Shown here in pieces: positions 24,688 to 32,871 of a stretch of 51,420 bases of DNA. The notes beneath the pieces were generated by a model. It saw nothing but the letters and a program-made list of their open reading frames with translations, made no database searches and was not told the origin of the DNA. The stretch's first letter is position 1. Each line of letters begins with the position of its first letter. The position numbers were made by a program, and so were the translations under genes. The stretch is from Patescibacteria group bacterium (GTDB lineage: Bacteria; Patescibacteriota; Minisyncoccia; Minisyncoccales; Staskawiczbacteraceae), in contig JBBTQB010000007.1 of assembly GCA_038065835.1 (NCBI GenBank), positions 1 through 51,420 of the forward strand. The letters run 5' to 3'.

Positions 24688-25634
24688 TAATTAAGCGTGT
24701 CCTCTAGGGTTTTTTCAAAAGGAATCTGTAGTTCCCATCCAGTCGCAGCTTTGAATTTATGGCAATCACCCAAAAGAATCTGCACGTCCGAAGGCCTCAT
24801 TCTGGCAGGATCTTGCCTTACCTCAATGTGTTTCTTTGTGCTTTTGCTAAGCAGTAAATCCAAAACTTCTTGAATCTTCCATGCTCTGCCAGAACAAACA
24901 TTATAGGGCTCGCCAAAATTGCATTTTTCGGTTGCCAGCCAATAAGCATGAACAATATCCCGAACATCTAAGTAGTCTCTTTGTGCCTCTAAATTTCCCA
25001 CATAAATTACCGGCTCCTTTTTACCCTTTTCAATTTCTGCTATCTGTTTTGCAAAGTTAGAAGTAACAAAGGCTTCTCCTCTTCTTGGCCCCTCATGGTT
25101 AAAGCCCCGCGTAACTACTGTCTTTAGTCCATAGCTATAATGGTATTGGCAAGCCAAGGTATCTTGAGCTACCTTGGAAACGCCATAAGGAGACAGGGGT
25201 CTTAAAGGATTTGATTCTTTTATCGGCAACTCACCTTCTTTTACCAACCCATACTCTTCTGATGATCCGGCAATATGGATTACCGGGTGTATTCTCATTT
25301 CCCTGACCGCTTCAAAAATGTTCAACTCTGAAATAATATTATTGGTTAGGGTATCTTCGGGAGACTGCCATGAAACAGGCACGAAACTCTGGGCAGCCAA
25401 ATGGAAAATTTTATCCGGCTTTACTTTTTCCATTACCCGCTGGACTGCAACCCTATTTTGTAGGTTGCACTCCAAAAGCTCTATTTTATCCTTAAGATGC
25501 TCAACTCTTTTGAGCTCATCCCCTAAGTGATGTGAAAAAACCGTCCCATAGACTTTTACGTCCGGCTTTGATAGGCAATATTCCGCTAAATGGCTGCCAA
25601 CAAACCCCGTGATACCCGTAATCAAAACTTTCAT
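24669..25634 (-). CDS. GDP-4-keto-6-deoxy-D-mannose reductase-like SDR (Rmd/GMD family)
   Basis: 321 aa. VLITGITGFVGSHL, SPYGVSKVAQD, FNHEGPRRG, YNVCSG...QDPARMRPSDV. Confidence 0.7.
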   Translation of the reverse strand: MKVLITGITGFVGSHLAEYCLSKPDVKVYGTVFSHHLGDELKRVEHLKDKIELLECNLQNRVAVQRVMEKVKPDKIFHLAAQSFVPVSWQSPEDTLTNNIISELNIFEAVREMRIHPVIHIAGSSEEYGLVKEGELPIKESNPLRPLSPYGVSKVAQDTLACQYHYSYGLKTVVTRGFNHEGPRRGEAFVTSNFAKQIAEIEKGKKEPVIYVGNLEAQRDYLDVRDIVHAYWLATEKCNFGEPYNVCSGRAWKIQEVLDLLLSKSTKKHIEVRQDPARMRPSDVQILLGDCHKFKAATGWELQIPFEKTLEDTLNYWRETV

Positions 25635-25730
25635 TTATAATAATTTTAATAAAAATTGAAAGGCATAACATCATAGCTCTGATTAATAGACCTTACCACA
25701 AAAATCAGCTTATTTTCAAGTATTTATATT

Positions 25731-25897
25731 GTGAGCTTGGTGAATAATGCCATATTGGCGTCTTTATCTAAAATATCGGCTGCAAATTGGTAAAGATTAT
25801 TCAACGATGCCCTCTGGCATCGCCTCATAATCTTTACCAATTTTCGCTGTGATATTTTAAACAAATCCATCCAAAGAGCATTATTCACCAAGCTCAC
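25731..25897. repeat. 167-bp nested palindrome upstream of the SDR/GT4 sub-operon
   Basis: Perfect 20-bp inverted repeat GTGAGCTTGGTGAATAATGC (25731-25750) / GCATTATTCACCAAGCTCAC (25878-25897). Inside it are the 16-bp pair AATTGGTAAAGATTAT / ATAATCTTTACCAATT and the core GATGCC-ctct-GGCATC. Confidence 0.9.
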
Positions 25898-25921
25898 GTT
25901 ATAATGTACAAACATGGCGCG

Positions 25922-25963
25922 CACAGACACCGGGTGTCTGTGAGGCTGGGTGTCTGTGAGGCT
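25922..25963. promoter_or_regulatory. Iteron-like 10-mers (GGTGTCTGTG, two direct plus one inverted)
   Basis: CACAGACACC (25922-25931) is followed by the 16-nt unit GGGTGTCTGTGAGGCT repeated in tandem (25932-25947, 25948-25963). Directly downstream of the ParB-like gene terminator. Confidence 0.75.
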
Positions 25964-25990
25964 CACTATTTTTAAAATCAGGCATTAACA

Positions 25991-26019
25991 ATAAAAAAAG
26001 CTGCTAGTTTCCTAACAGC
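25991..26019 (-). terminator. Rho-independent terminator of the ParB-like gene
   Basis: Minus strand GCTGTTAG-GAAA-CTAGCAGC followed by TTTTTTTAT. Confidence 0.7.
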
Positions 26020-26040
26020 CTTTGGTGATGTTGGCTAGAT

Positions 26041-26871
26041 TTAAATATTTTTTAATTCTAGTTTCATAATCACCTGTTTGAGAACGCCGATGATTTGCCT
26101 GATCGTCGGATTAGGTTCAGGAAAACTTACCGATACCACAGCCCCATACAGAGTCTCAAAGGAACGTTTATAGCCTTTTTCTTTGCGGGGTCTTCCGCTG
26201 CGTTCTTTACGCTCTTCCTTACCCCTGTCTTTTGCATTATGCAACTGCTCGCGAAGTCTGCCACCAGGAATTTTTTCATCAATTACCTCTTGAAGAACCT
26301 TTGGCTGCTCCTTTTCGGGAATTCCTGATACTTGGTAAAGATTTTCCATTCCAACCTTGCTCGCTCCTGCTGAAGATGCGATCTTTTTAGCTTTTGGGCC
26401 AAGATTCTTAGCAACACTAAGCACCTTGCTAACCCATGATTCGCTTTTATGAACCATTGCTGCAATCTCTATTAAAGTTTTCTTGCGTTCTTCTTTATGA
26501 GCTAGCAACTCTTCTGCTAATTCTATGGGCGACAGATCTTCCCTATGAAGATTTTCGATCAGCCGGATTTTGCTAATGTTGCCATCGCTGATGTCAGCAA
26601 CAATTACCGGAATGGCATGCAAGTTGGCTAATTTGGCCGCTCGTCTGCGACGATCGCCGCATACGGTTTCATATCTCAAACTGCCCTTTTTAGGACGCGC
26701 TAACACCGGCTGAATTATGCCGACATCGGCGATACTCTGAGACAATTCCCTTAGGGAAGAGTCTCCCTTTGTAGGATCAACTGTCCTCAATGCTTTGGCC
26801 GGCGGCTCTAAATGTTTGACTTTCATCATCAAAAACTGAGGATTCCATTTTTCGATTCCGATGACAGCCAT
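26041..26871 (-). CDS. Orphan ParB/KorB-like DNA-binding protein (ParB N-terminal domain + HTH)
   Basis: 276 aa. Arginine patch GDRRRRAA, IENLHREDLSPIELAE, HTH-like SESWVSKVLSVAKNL, basic tail. Strong SD GGAGGT 5 nt before the ATG. G+C visibly above the neighbours. Confidence 0.75.
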   Translation of the reverse strand: MAVIGIEKWNPQFLMMKVKHLEPPAKALRTVDPTKGDSSLRELSQSIADVGIIQPVLARPKKGSLRYETVCGDRRRRAAKLANLHAIPVIVADISDGNISKIRLIENLHREDLSPIELAEELLAHKEERKKTLIEIAAMVHKSESWVSKVLSVAKNLGPKAKKIASSAGASKVGMENLYQVSGIPEKEQPKVLQEVIDEKIPGGRLREQLHNAKDRGKEERKERSGRPRKEKGYKRSFETLYGAVVSVSFPEPNPTIRQIIGVLKQVIMKLELKNI

Positions 26872-26921
26872 AGGTGACCTCCATGGAAAAAGTGTTTGTT
26901 AAGGTTCAGAACAACAGTTTT

Positions 26922-26950
26922 ATCATACAATAGTTTCGCTTAATTTACAA
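26922..26950 (-). promoter_or_regulatory. Sigma-70-type promoter of the ParB-like gene
   Basis: Minus strand TTGTAA (26950-26945), 17 nt spacer, TATGAT (26927-26922). Confidence 0.5.
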
Positions 26951-26979
26951 ATTAGCATAACCAAGCAAGTGTATTATTT

Positions 26980-27729
26980 TTATGGTTTTTTAAAATATAC
27001 TCCTGTATAATCTATTTTTATTAAATCCGGCCTTACATTTCGCTTTAAAAAAAATTCTTCTAAAGCCTTTTTCGCCCCTTCCCAGTGGCCATAATCATCA
27101 ATTATTATATATCCTCCAACTATAACATTGTCGTATAAATTATCAAGGCAACATTTCGTGGATTCATACCAGTCCCCGTCTAACCTTAGGATGGAAATTT
27201 TCCCTATTTTTTCTCTCGCTTTTGGCAAAGTGTTCTGAAACCAGCCTTTTTCAATAACTATGTTATCTTTTTTTAACCTCAACACTTCAAAAAGCACTTC
27301 TTTTACATCTTTTAAAGATGCTACGCATTGCTCTATTGTTTGAAGTTTGCCTTCTGTTTTATTGCCAGCATACTCTTTTGCTACAAGCCCGTCTTCTTTA
27401 GTTGGCTCCGGTAAACCTTCAAAAGAGTCAAAAAGCCATGTTTTGCGATTTGAATTATATTTTTTTGCCACAAAAGCCATTATTGCTGAACATCCTCCTT
27501 TCCATACCCCACATTCAACAAAAGCACCATTTATTTTCTTTCCCTCTATTTTTTTTGCCAATTGGTAGACATTGGACAGTCTTTTGTAGCCAGACATAGT
27601 ATAGGGATAAACTTTCAAGAACAGCCACAATTTTTCAAAGTTAAAAAAATCTTGCGGTGAAATTCCGCTCCAAAATCTTAACTTTTGGTATAATTGACTT
27701 TCTCTTATTAAATTTTTAATTATTTGCAT
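26980..27729 (-). CDS. TylF/MycF-family (macrocin-O-methyltransferase-like) sugar O-methyltransferase
   Basis: 249 aa. ECGVWKGG and LRLDGDWYEST motifs. Confidence 0.75.
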   Translation of the reverse strand: MQIIKNLIRESQLYQKLRFWSGISPQDFFNFEKLWLFLKVYPYTMSGYKRLSNVYQLAKKIEGKKINGAFVECGVWKGGCSAIMAFVAKKYNSNRKTWLFDSFEGLPEPTKEDGLVAKEYAGNKTEGKLQTIEQCVASLKDVKEVLFEVLRLKKDNIVIEKGWFQNTLPKAREKIGKISILRLDGDWYESTKCCLDNLYDNVIVGGYIIIDDYGHWEGAKKALEEFFLKRNVRPDLIKIDYTGVYFKKP

Positions 27730-28882
27730 TTTCTAGAAACTGCCACTCTTTAATAATATTTTTAATATCAAAATCCAATGCTCTTTTTATTGATTTTTCT
27801 TTAAGTTCATTTAATAAATTTTCATCTGAAAGGAGTTTTACCGCGGCCTCGCTTAATTTATCTTTATCCCTTGGCCTTACCAATGTCCCGTATTCTGCAT
27901 ATTCAATATCTTCTGTTTCAAAACCGAAATTAGTATCGGGAGCTAAAATCTCCCTTGGTCCAGATTTACAATCAAAAGAAACAATGGGTAGACTGCAAAC
28001 CATTGCCTCTAACAGAACATAGGGCAAACCCTCCCACAAAGAAGATAATAAAAAAAGTTTTGACCTTGCAAGAAATTTAAATGGGTTTTTCTGCCACCCA
28101 AGAAAGTAAATATCTTTATCTAAACCTAATCTTTTTGAAAGTTCTTTTAATTCTCTCTCCAGCTCTCCCTGTCCGAGAATCACTAATTTTACATTTTTTA
28201 TTTCCTTCTTTATCTTTAAAAATGCTTCTATTAGGCTTTTTTGATTCTTTTGAAAAGTAAGTCTGCCCACATTTATAATAACAGGATTATCAAATATTTC
28301 TTGATACTTTGTTTCAAGAGGTTCTTCTGCTAATTTTTCAATTTCTTTTACATTTAAGGGGTTGTAAATTACTTTGATTTTATTAGCTTTTACCCCAAAA
28401 TTCTCAATTAAATCTTTAGCGGAAGCTTTTGACACATCAATAACAAAATATGCTTTGTTAAAAAACCTCTTAATAAAAAATTTATAAATTCTGCCGCCTA
28501 AATCATAACAAGAATTGGACAAAAATCCTTCTACTCTGACAATAGCTCTTTGCTCCCTGCCTGCCGGCAGGCAGGCGGAAAGAATATTGATGACGTTGGC
28601 AGGATGCCCGAAGCTTATTACATAGTCTGGATTCTCTGTTTTAACTATTTTCCTAAACTTCAGTAAACCCAGTAAATAATGGAAAATCTTGGAAAACGGA
28701 TTTTTTAGCGGTAAGGGAATATTTAAGGAAATTAAATTTCCTTTATAAGGATAAGAAACTTCTTTTTTAAATAAAACAATAACCCTCTCCATGGACTCGG
28801 GCAAATTTAAAGAAAGTTCTGAAACTACCCTTTCTCCCCCGCCAATGCTTAGAGTTGGTATTAAAAATAAAACCTTCTTCAT
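27716..28882 (-). CDS. GT4-family glycosyltransferase
   Basis: Start taken at MKKVLFLIPTLSIGGGERV (ATG 28882); the longer ORF to 28945 reads through the 51-bp palindrome. EGLPYVLLEAMVCSLPIVSFDCKSGPREIL. Carries the 20-nt palindrome at 28556-28575 in frame. Confidence 0.8.
   Translation of the reverse strand: MKKVLFLIPTLSIGGGERVVSELSLNLPESMERVIVLFKKEVSYPYKGNLISLNIPLPLKNPFSKIFHYLLGLLKFRKIVKTENPDYVISFGHPANVINILSACLPAGREQRAIVRVEGFLSNSCYDLGGRIYKFFIKRFFNKAYFVIDVSKASAKDLIENFGVKANKIKVIYNPLNVKEIEKLAEEPLETKYQEIFDNPVIINVGRLTFQKNQKSLIEAFLKIKKEIKNVKLVILGQGELERELKELSKRLGLDKDIYFLGWQKNPFKFLARSKLFLLSSLWEGLPYVLLEAMVCSLPIVSFDCKSGPREILAPDTNFGFETEDIEYAEYGTLVRPRDKDKLSEAAVKLLSDENLLNELKEKSIKRALDFDIKNIIKEWQFLENANN
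28556..28575. repeat. 20-nt perfect palindrome CCTGCCTGCCGGCAGGCAGG (copy 1, inside GT4)
   Basis: Identical to 28997-29016. Read as ACLPAGR. Confidence 0.95.
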
Positions 28883-28897
28883 GAAATATCGATGCTT

Positions 28898-28948
28898 AGA
28901 GTGCAGGATTCGAACTATCATCAATTGATAGTTCGAATCCTGCACTCT
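28898..28948. repeat. Family-A 51-bp perfect palindrome (23-bp arms, 5-nt loop)
   Basis: AGAGTGCAGGATTCGAACTATCA-tcaat-TGATAGTTCGAATCCTGCACTCT. Contains the TGA stop of the methyltransferase and ends 15 nt before the GT4 ATG. Confidence 0.95.
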
Positions 28949-29946
28949 TTAGCGAATAGGCACATACGAATTATTGGCTGCATTAGTATGCATTTGCCTG
29001 CCTGCCGGCAGGCAGGTATATTGGTATCGCGGTTTATTTGTAGTTCAACAAACATTATTCCGTTATTGCGACCCGTTAATCTTCCAAACGTCCACAAAAA
29101 AAACGCCGGGACAAATCCTATTAAATACATCTTAATCTTTGCCAGAATATACAGTACCTTGGCAAGCAGAGAAGATTTTTTGTTTTCAATAGAATTGCTA
29201 GCCGTCCTAGCTGCTAATCCTGACCTAAATCTGCCGTCTATTGCGCCCATTATCATTTTAAACTGCTCTACATAGCAAAAATCCGATATTTCAAAGTTAA
29301 TTTTTGAAAATAAATTAGAAATTGCCTCTTTATTCCACCTTGTGAGGTGATGTGGGGGGAAATCCCAATTATTCCAATTTGCCAGCATGCGTTCCCTAGA
29401 TGGAGTGCTTATTATCATCTTTCCCCCCGGTTTTAACAACTTCTTTGCGCTTTTGATGAATTTCAAAGGATCTTGGACGTGCTCTATCACTTCAAAAAAG
29501 ACAACATAATCAAACAAGGGCAAATTTTGCCTTTTAAAAAAACCTTCAAATGGTTCAGCAAATACATTTTTTAAGCCAAAATATTTTTTGGCTAATTCAA
29601 TGCCTTTTCGGTCAAAATCAACTCCAAAAACCGTATATCCTCTTTTTTCCAGTTCAGCAATAAACTCTCCCGAGCCGCAACCTAGTTCAAGTACGGCAGT
29701 ACCTGCTGGAAACTGCAAATACTTCTGTAAAAACTTTTTGTGGGACCCGCGATATATCTTTGGGCCTATTACATTTTTTATTTCGTAATCGCTTGTCTCT
29801 TCATACCAATGAGCTCCTGGGTTTTTCGCGCCCCAAAAGAATTGCACCTTACAATCTTTGCATTGGTACATAAAAAACTCATTATATTTCATGATGGGTA
29901 TTAGTTCTCTGCTTTCTTTACAAATTGGGCAAACATTGGGATTCAT
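28921..29946 (-). CDS. Zinc-ribbon + class I SAM methyltransferase with membrane helix; repeat-encoded C-terminus
   Basis: CPICKES...CKDCKVQ. Motif I VLELGCGSGEF. Helix MYLIGFVPAFFLWTF. The last ~30 codons run through the 20-nt palindrome and the 51-bp palindrome. Confidence 0.7.
   Translation of the reverse strand: MNPNVCPICKESRELIPIMKYNEFFMYQCKDCKVQFFWGAKNPGAHWYEETSDYEIKNVIGPKIYRGSHKKFLQKYLQFPAGTAVLELGCGSGEFIAELEKRGYTVFGVDFDRKGIELAKKYFGLKNVFAEPFEGFFKRQNLPLFDYVVFFEVIEHVQDPLKFIKSAKKLLKPGGKMIISTPSRERMLANWNNWDFPPHHLTRWNKEAISNLFSKINFEISDFCYVEQFKMIMGAIDGRFRSGLAARTASNSIENKKSSLLAKVLYILAKIKMYLIGFVPAFFLWTFGRLTGRNNGIMFVELQINRDTNIPACRQAGKCILMQPIIRMCLFAKECRIRTIN
28997..29016. repeat. 20-nt perfect palindrome CCTGCCTGCCGGCAGGCAGG (copy 2, inside methyltransferase tail)
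   Basis: Identical to 28556-28575. Read in a different frame as PACRQAG. Confidence 0.95.
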
Positions 29947-31439
29947 TTTTGTGATGTCAAAAACCTTTTTATTTCCTTGCAGATAAACTGGTAATTATTT
30001 TTATCATTTGGGTCTTTCGCATAAAGGATATCTGCCAAGATACTGTTCCTCAAATAAGAAATAATGAATCTCATATTAATTTCCTCCAAATTCACCCCGT
30101 TAGAGGTTTGCTTTGTTTCATTTTCTCTCAAGACTCCCTGATCTCTAATGGGGTTGGGTAAATCCCAATTTATTTGAAGGTCTCTTTTTATTTTTTCCTT
30201 TAAGTCTTCAAAGTTTACTACCTTTTGGCATAAAGGATGATAAGAATAAAATACGTTTCCCAAAACATAGACTGGTTTTCCCTGTATTGCCGCTTCCATG
30301 CCAACCGTGCTGGTCATGGTAATTACGCCTATTGAATTAGCAATAACGTTTGGCGTTGATTCTTCTGAAGACAACAATACAGCATTGGGTATTTTTTTTA
30401 TCTCTTCGTAAAACTGATTGGTCCTTGAGCCAATAGAGCCCGGATGCTCTTTTAAACATAATTTATAAGGAAATGGCAGGGTGGCTGAAACATATTTTAT
30501 GGTAGCTAACTGGTTTGAATAATAGGTTGCTAAAACTAAAGTTGAAGCTTCCGGCTCGTATTGAATAGGAAAAAAGAAATATTTGTCTTTTGAGCTAAGC
30601 TTATTAAATATATTTCCCTGGAGTTTGATTTTAATATTTTTTTTAATGGTTCTAAATGGAGCCATAAGGCTTCTCCTTAACACTGCCTCGCTTTCGTAGT
30701 CAAATCTCTTAACTTTGGACCTATCCAAAAAATACCTGAAGAAAACGTAGCTGGATTCTTTAAGTCTTCTTAAGTAATGTCTAATATAATCAAATAAACT
30801 AAATCTTACTTTGACTATATAATAAGAAGAATAAATGGTTTTGTGAGATATGAACTTTTTTATGAAATTTTTGGCAAATTCTGTTTCGCCCGGCAAAAAA
30901 TCTTCCTTTTTCAAATTTTTGAAATTATCTTCAAATTTTGAGCAGGTCCATTCTAAGTCCCAAATATCTATCCTACCCGGGAAGCGCGATTCGGCGATGC
31001 CACAAAAAGGAATATTATTTTTTTTAGTAAAATAGTAAGCCACCTCGCCAAAAAGCCCTGGCGGCGGTTCCCCAATTACAATATCTGGCTTTTCATAACT
31101 AAAAATGTAGTCAAAAAATTGATAAAGTTGATTTACTATATCCAAAGATTGATTGTAATTGTACCTATTATAAAGATTAAACCTTTCAAAAACAGTAAAA
31201 AGCTCTCTCCAGCTCAAATTCCCAAAGTCTTTTTTTGAAGAATCGTAGTTTTTAATGCACCAATCTATTTTTGATAAAAACTTGGAATTTTTAGGAAAAA
31301 ACTTGCCCTTTTCATACTCAGCAATCTTGCTGTTAAAAACAACCAAACATTCATCTCCTTCTTTTGTAAGCTGATGGGAAATCTTGCCTAAAAATTCAAA
31401 TAAATATGACGCATCATTTATTAAAAATAGCCATTTCAT
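29943..31439 (-). CDS. Capsule polysaccharide biosynthesis protein (KpsS/LpsZ-like, Capsule_synth family)
   Basis: 498 aa. YFFFPIQYEPEAS...CLKEHPGS...ITMTSTVGMEAAIQGKPVYVLG pattern. Carries the in-frame repeat 30094-30154 near the C-terminus. Confidence 0.5.
   Translation of the reverse strand: MKWLFLINDASYLFEFLGKISHQLTKEGDECLVVFNSKIAEYEKGKFFPKNSKFLSKIDWCIKNYDSSKKDFGNLSWRELFTVFERFNLYNRYNYNQSLDIVNQLYQFFDYIFSYEKPDIVIGEPPPGLFGEVAYYFTKKNNIPFCGIAESRFPGRIDIWDLEWTCSKFEDNFKNLKKEDFLPGETEFAKNFIKKFISHKTIYSSYYIVKVRFSLFDYIRHYLRRLKESSYVFFRYFLDRSKVKRFDYESEAVLRRSLMAPFRTIKKNIKIKLQGNIFNKLSSKDKYFFFPIQYEPEASTLVLATYYSNQLATIKYVSATLPFPYKLCLKEHPGSIGSRTNQFYEEIKKIPNAVLLSSEESTPNVIANSIGVITMTSTVGMEAAIQGKPVYVLGNVFYSYHPLCQKVVNFEDLKEKIKRDLQINWDLPNPIRDQGVLRENETKQTSNGVNLEEINMRFIISYLRNSILADILYAKDPNDKNNYQFICKEIKRFLTSQK
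30094..30154. repeat. Family-B core hairpin, intragenic and in frame
   Basis: ACCCCGTTAGAGGT (30094-30107) and ATCTCTAATGGGGT (30141-30154). About 80 percent identical by eye to the inner unit of 33951-34010. Translated NPIRDQGVLRENETKQTSNGV. Confidence 0.85.
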
Positions 31440-32871
31440 GGATTAAACTCTTTAAAAATATAAATTCCTTACTACTAAAACCTTTTAATAATGCCATTAA
31501 TGCTAAATAAACAATAATGCTAAATACTATTGATAGTATTAATCCCGGCAATCCCTGCAAATCAATCAAAAGAATAAAAAAAGCTATAAAAATAGAGGCT
31601 ATTGTGGTTTTTAAAACAAAAGCCCATTCTACCTTGAAACGGAATTCTCTAAAAGCAAAATAATGCATCAATAAGAGGGCGCATAAATAAGCTAAAAATG
31701 TGGTGATGGCAGCCCCCAAAATACCTAAAAAGGGAATGAAAATAATGTTTAACCCTAAATTTAAAAAAGCGGCTGCAGCCCAAATAGATGCAATGATTTT
31801 TGTTTTTTTTGCCAAAACCAAAATTTGGCTGAAAAAATAAGTAAGGCCGTACAGGAAAATACCCGCAGCTATAAAAGGAACAACAAAATAAGCGTTATTG
31901 GCAATTTCTCTTGTGGAAAAAAGTATAAGCAGCTTTCTTGAAAGCACCGATATGACAAAGGCAGCAGGAAGTACAATCCCCCAAAAATATTTTAGTGAAT
32001 TTCTCAAATAGTTTTGGACTTGGACCATATTGTCTTCATCAAAAAACTTGGGTAAAATCACCGATAGCATAAAAGAGAGAGGAAAAATAAAAGTGGTAAG
32101 AAGATAAGCAATTGAGTAAGCAGGCACGTAATAACCCACAAAAATTATGCCCAAAAAAAACGCTATTAAATATCTGTCTGAAGAGGTAACTATCCAGTAA
32201 AAAAGGCCGTCAGCCATAGTGGGAAGCCCAAAAGACAAATATTTTTTAACCAGTGAAAAATCAGGAAACTTAAACCCGATTTTTTTAATTATGTAAAAAA
32301 GCAAAGATATGAAAAAAAGAATTTTAACCAATAAATAAGAAATTACCACCCCGAGAATACCGTACCCCAAGAAGATAACAATCGTTAACAGTATTATTTC
32401 GGAAGTCATTTTTGAGGCCATAAACCAAAAGTATTTCCCTATTTCTCTTTTTGCCCTGATTGCAACCAAAAAAATGCTGTTTAATGACTCAAAAATAACT
32501 ATCAAAGACAGTATTTTGACAAAAGTTTGGCTAATTTTTAAAAATGAAGCCACGTAATCAGAAAACGCCATCAAAAACAAAGATATTGCCAAATTGATAC
32601 AAAACATCAAAAAAACCGAAGAATAAACTCCTTCTTTAACATTTTTTTCGTCTTTATCCCCCGGGATAAATCTTATCAGGGCTTCGTGCATTCCTAAAAA
32701 GGCAACAGAAACCACCAATCCTACAGTAACCCTTATTTGAGACCAAATACCATAATCTACTGCACCCAAGGTTTTTGTTATTAAAGATAAAAAAATTAAA
32801 CCTTGAGCCATCCCTAAAAAATCAAGGAATCCGACAGTAAATATATTTTTTGCAAATTTAATGTACGACAT
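31414..32871 (-). CDS. Wzx-like oligosaccharide flippase (MOP superfamily), copy 2
   Basis: 485 aa, about 12-14 hydrophobic helices. Confidence 0.6.
   Translation of the reverse strand: MSYIKFAKNIFTVGFLDFLGMAQGLIFLSLITKTLGAVDYGIWSQIRVTVGLVVSVAFLGMHEALIRFIPGDKDEKNVKEGVYSSVFLMFCINLAISLFLMAFSDYVASFLKISQTFVKILSLIVIFESLNSIFLVAIRAKREIGKYFWFMASKMTSEIILLTIVIFLGYGILGVVISYLLVKILFFISLLFYIIKKIGFKFPDFSLVKKYLSFGLPTMADGLFYWIVTSSDRYLIAFFLGIIFVGYYVPAYSIAYLLTTFIFPLSFMLSVILPKFFDEDNMVQVQNYLRNSLKYFWGIVLPAAFVISVLSRKLLILFSTREIANNAYFVVPFIAAGIFLYGLTYFFSQILVLAKKTKIIASIWAAAAFLNLGLNIIFIPFLGILGAAITTFLAYLCALLLMHYFAFREFRFKVEWAFVLKTTIASIFIAFFILLIDLQGLPGLILSIVFSIIVYLALMALLKGFSSKEFIFLKSLIHEMAIFNK

Noticed and set aside
25731-25897. 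Invertible promoter (inverton) flanked by 20-bp inverted repeats
   Set aside because: The 127-bp interior is itself a near-perfect palindrome, so inversion would barely change the sequence. No convincing asymmetric promoter lies inside, and no invertase gene is nearby. Binding-site or cruciform explanations are kept as a finding instead.
25724-25966. 80-aa minus-strand ORF between the ParB-like gene and the Rmd-like gene
   Set aside because: It runs straight through the iterons and the 167-bp nested palindrome, so its frame is a by-product of repeat symmetry. No RBS or motif.
28898-28948. Family-A arm as a tRNA gene or tRNA fragment (GTTCGAATCC T-loop-like motif)
   Set aside because: No acceptor, D or anticodon arms can be drawn, and the flanking bases of the putative T-stem are not complementary in the tRNA register. 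The similarity is limited to about 10 nt.
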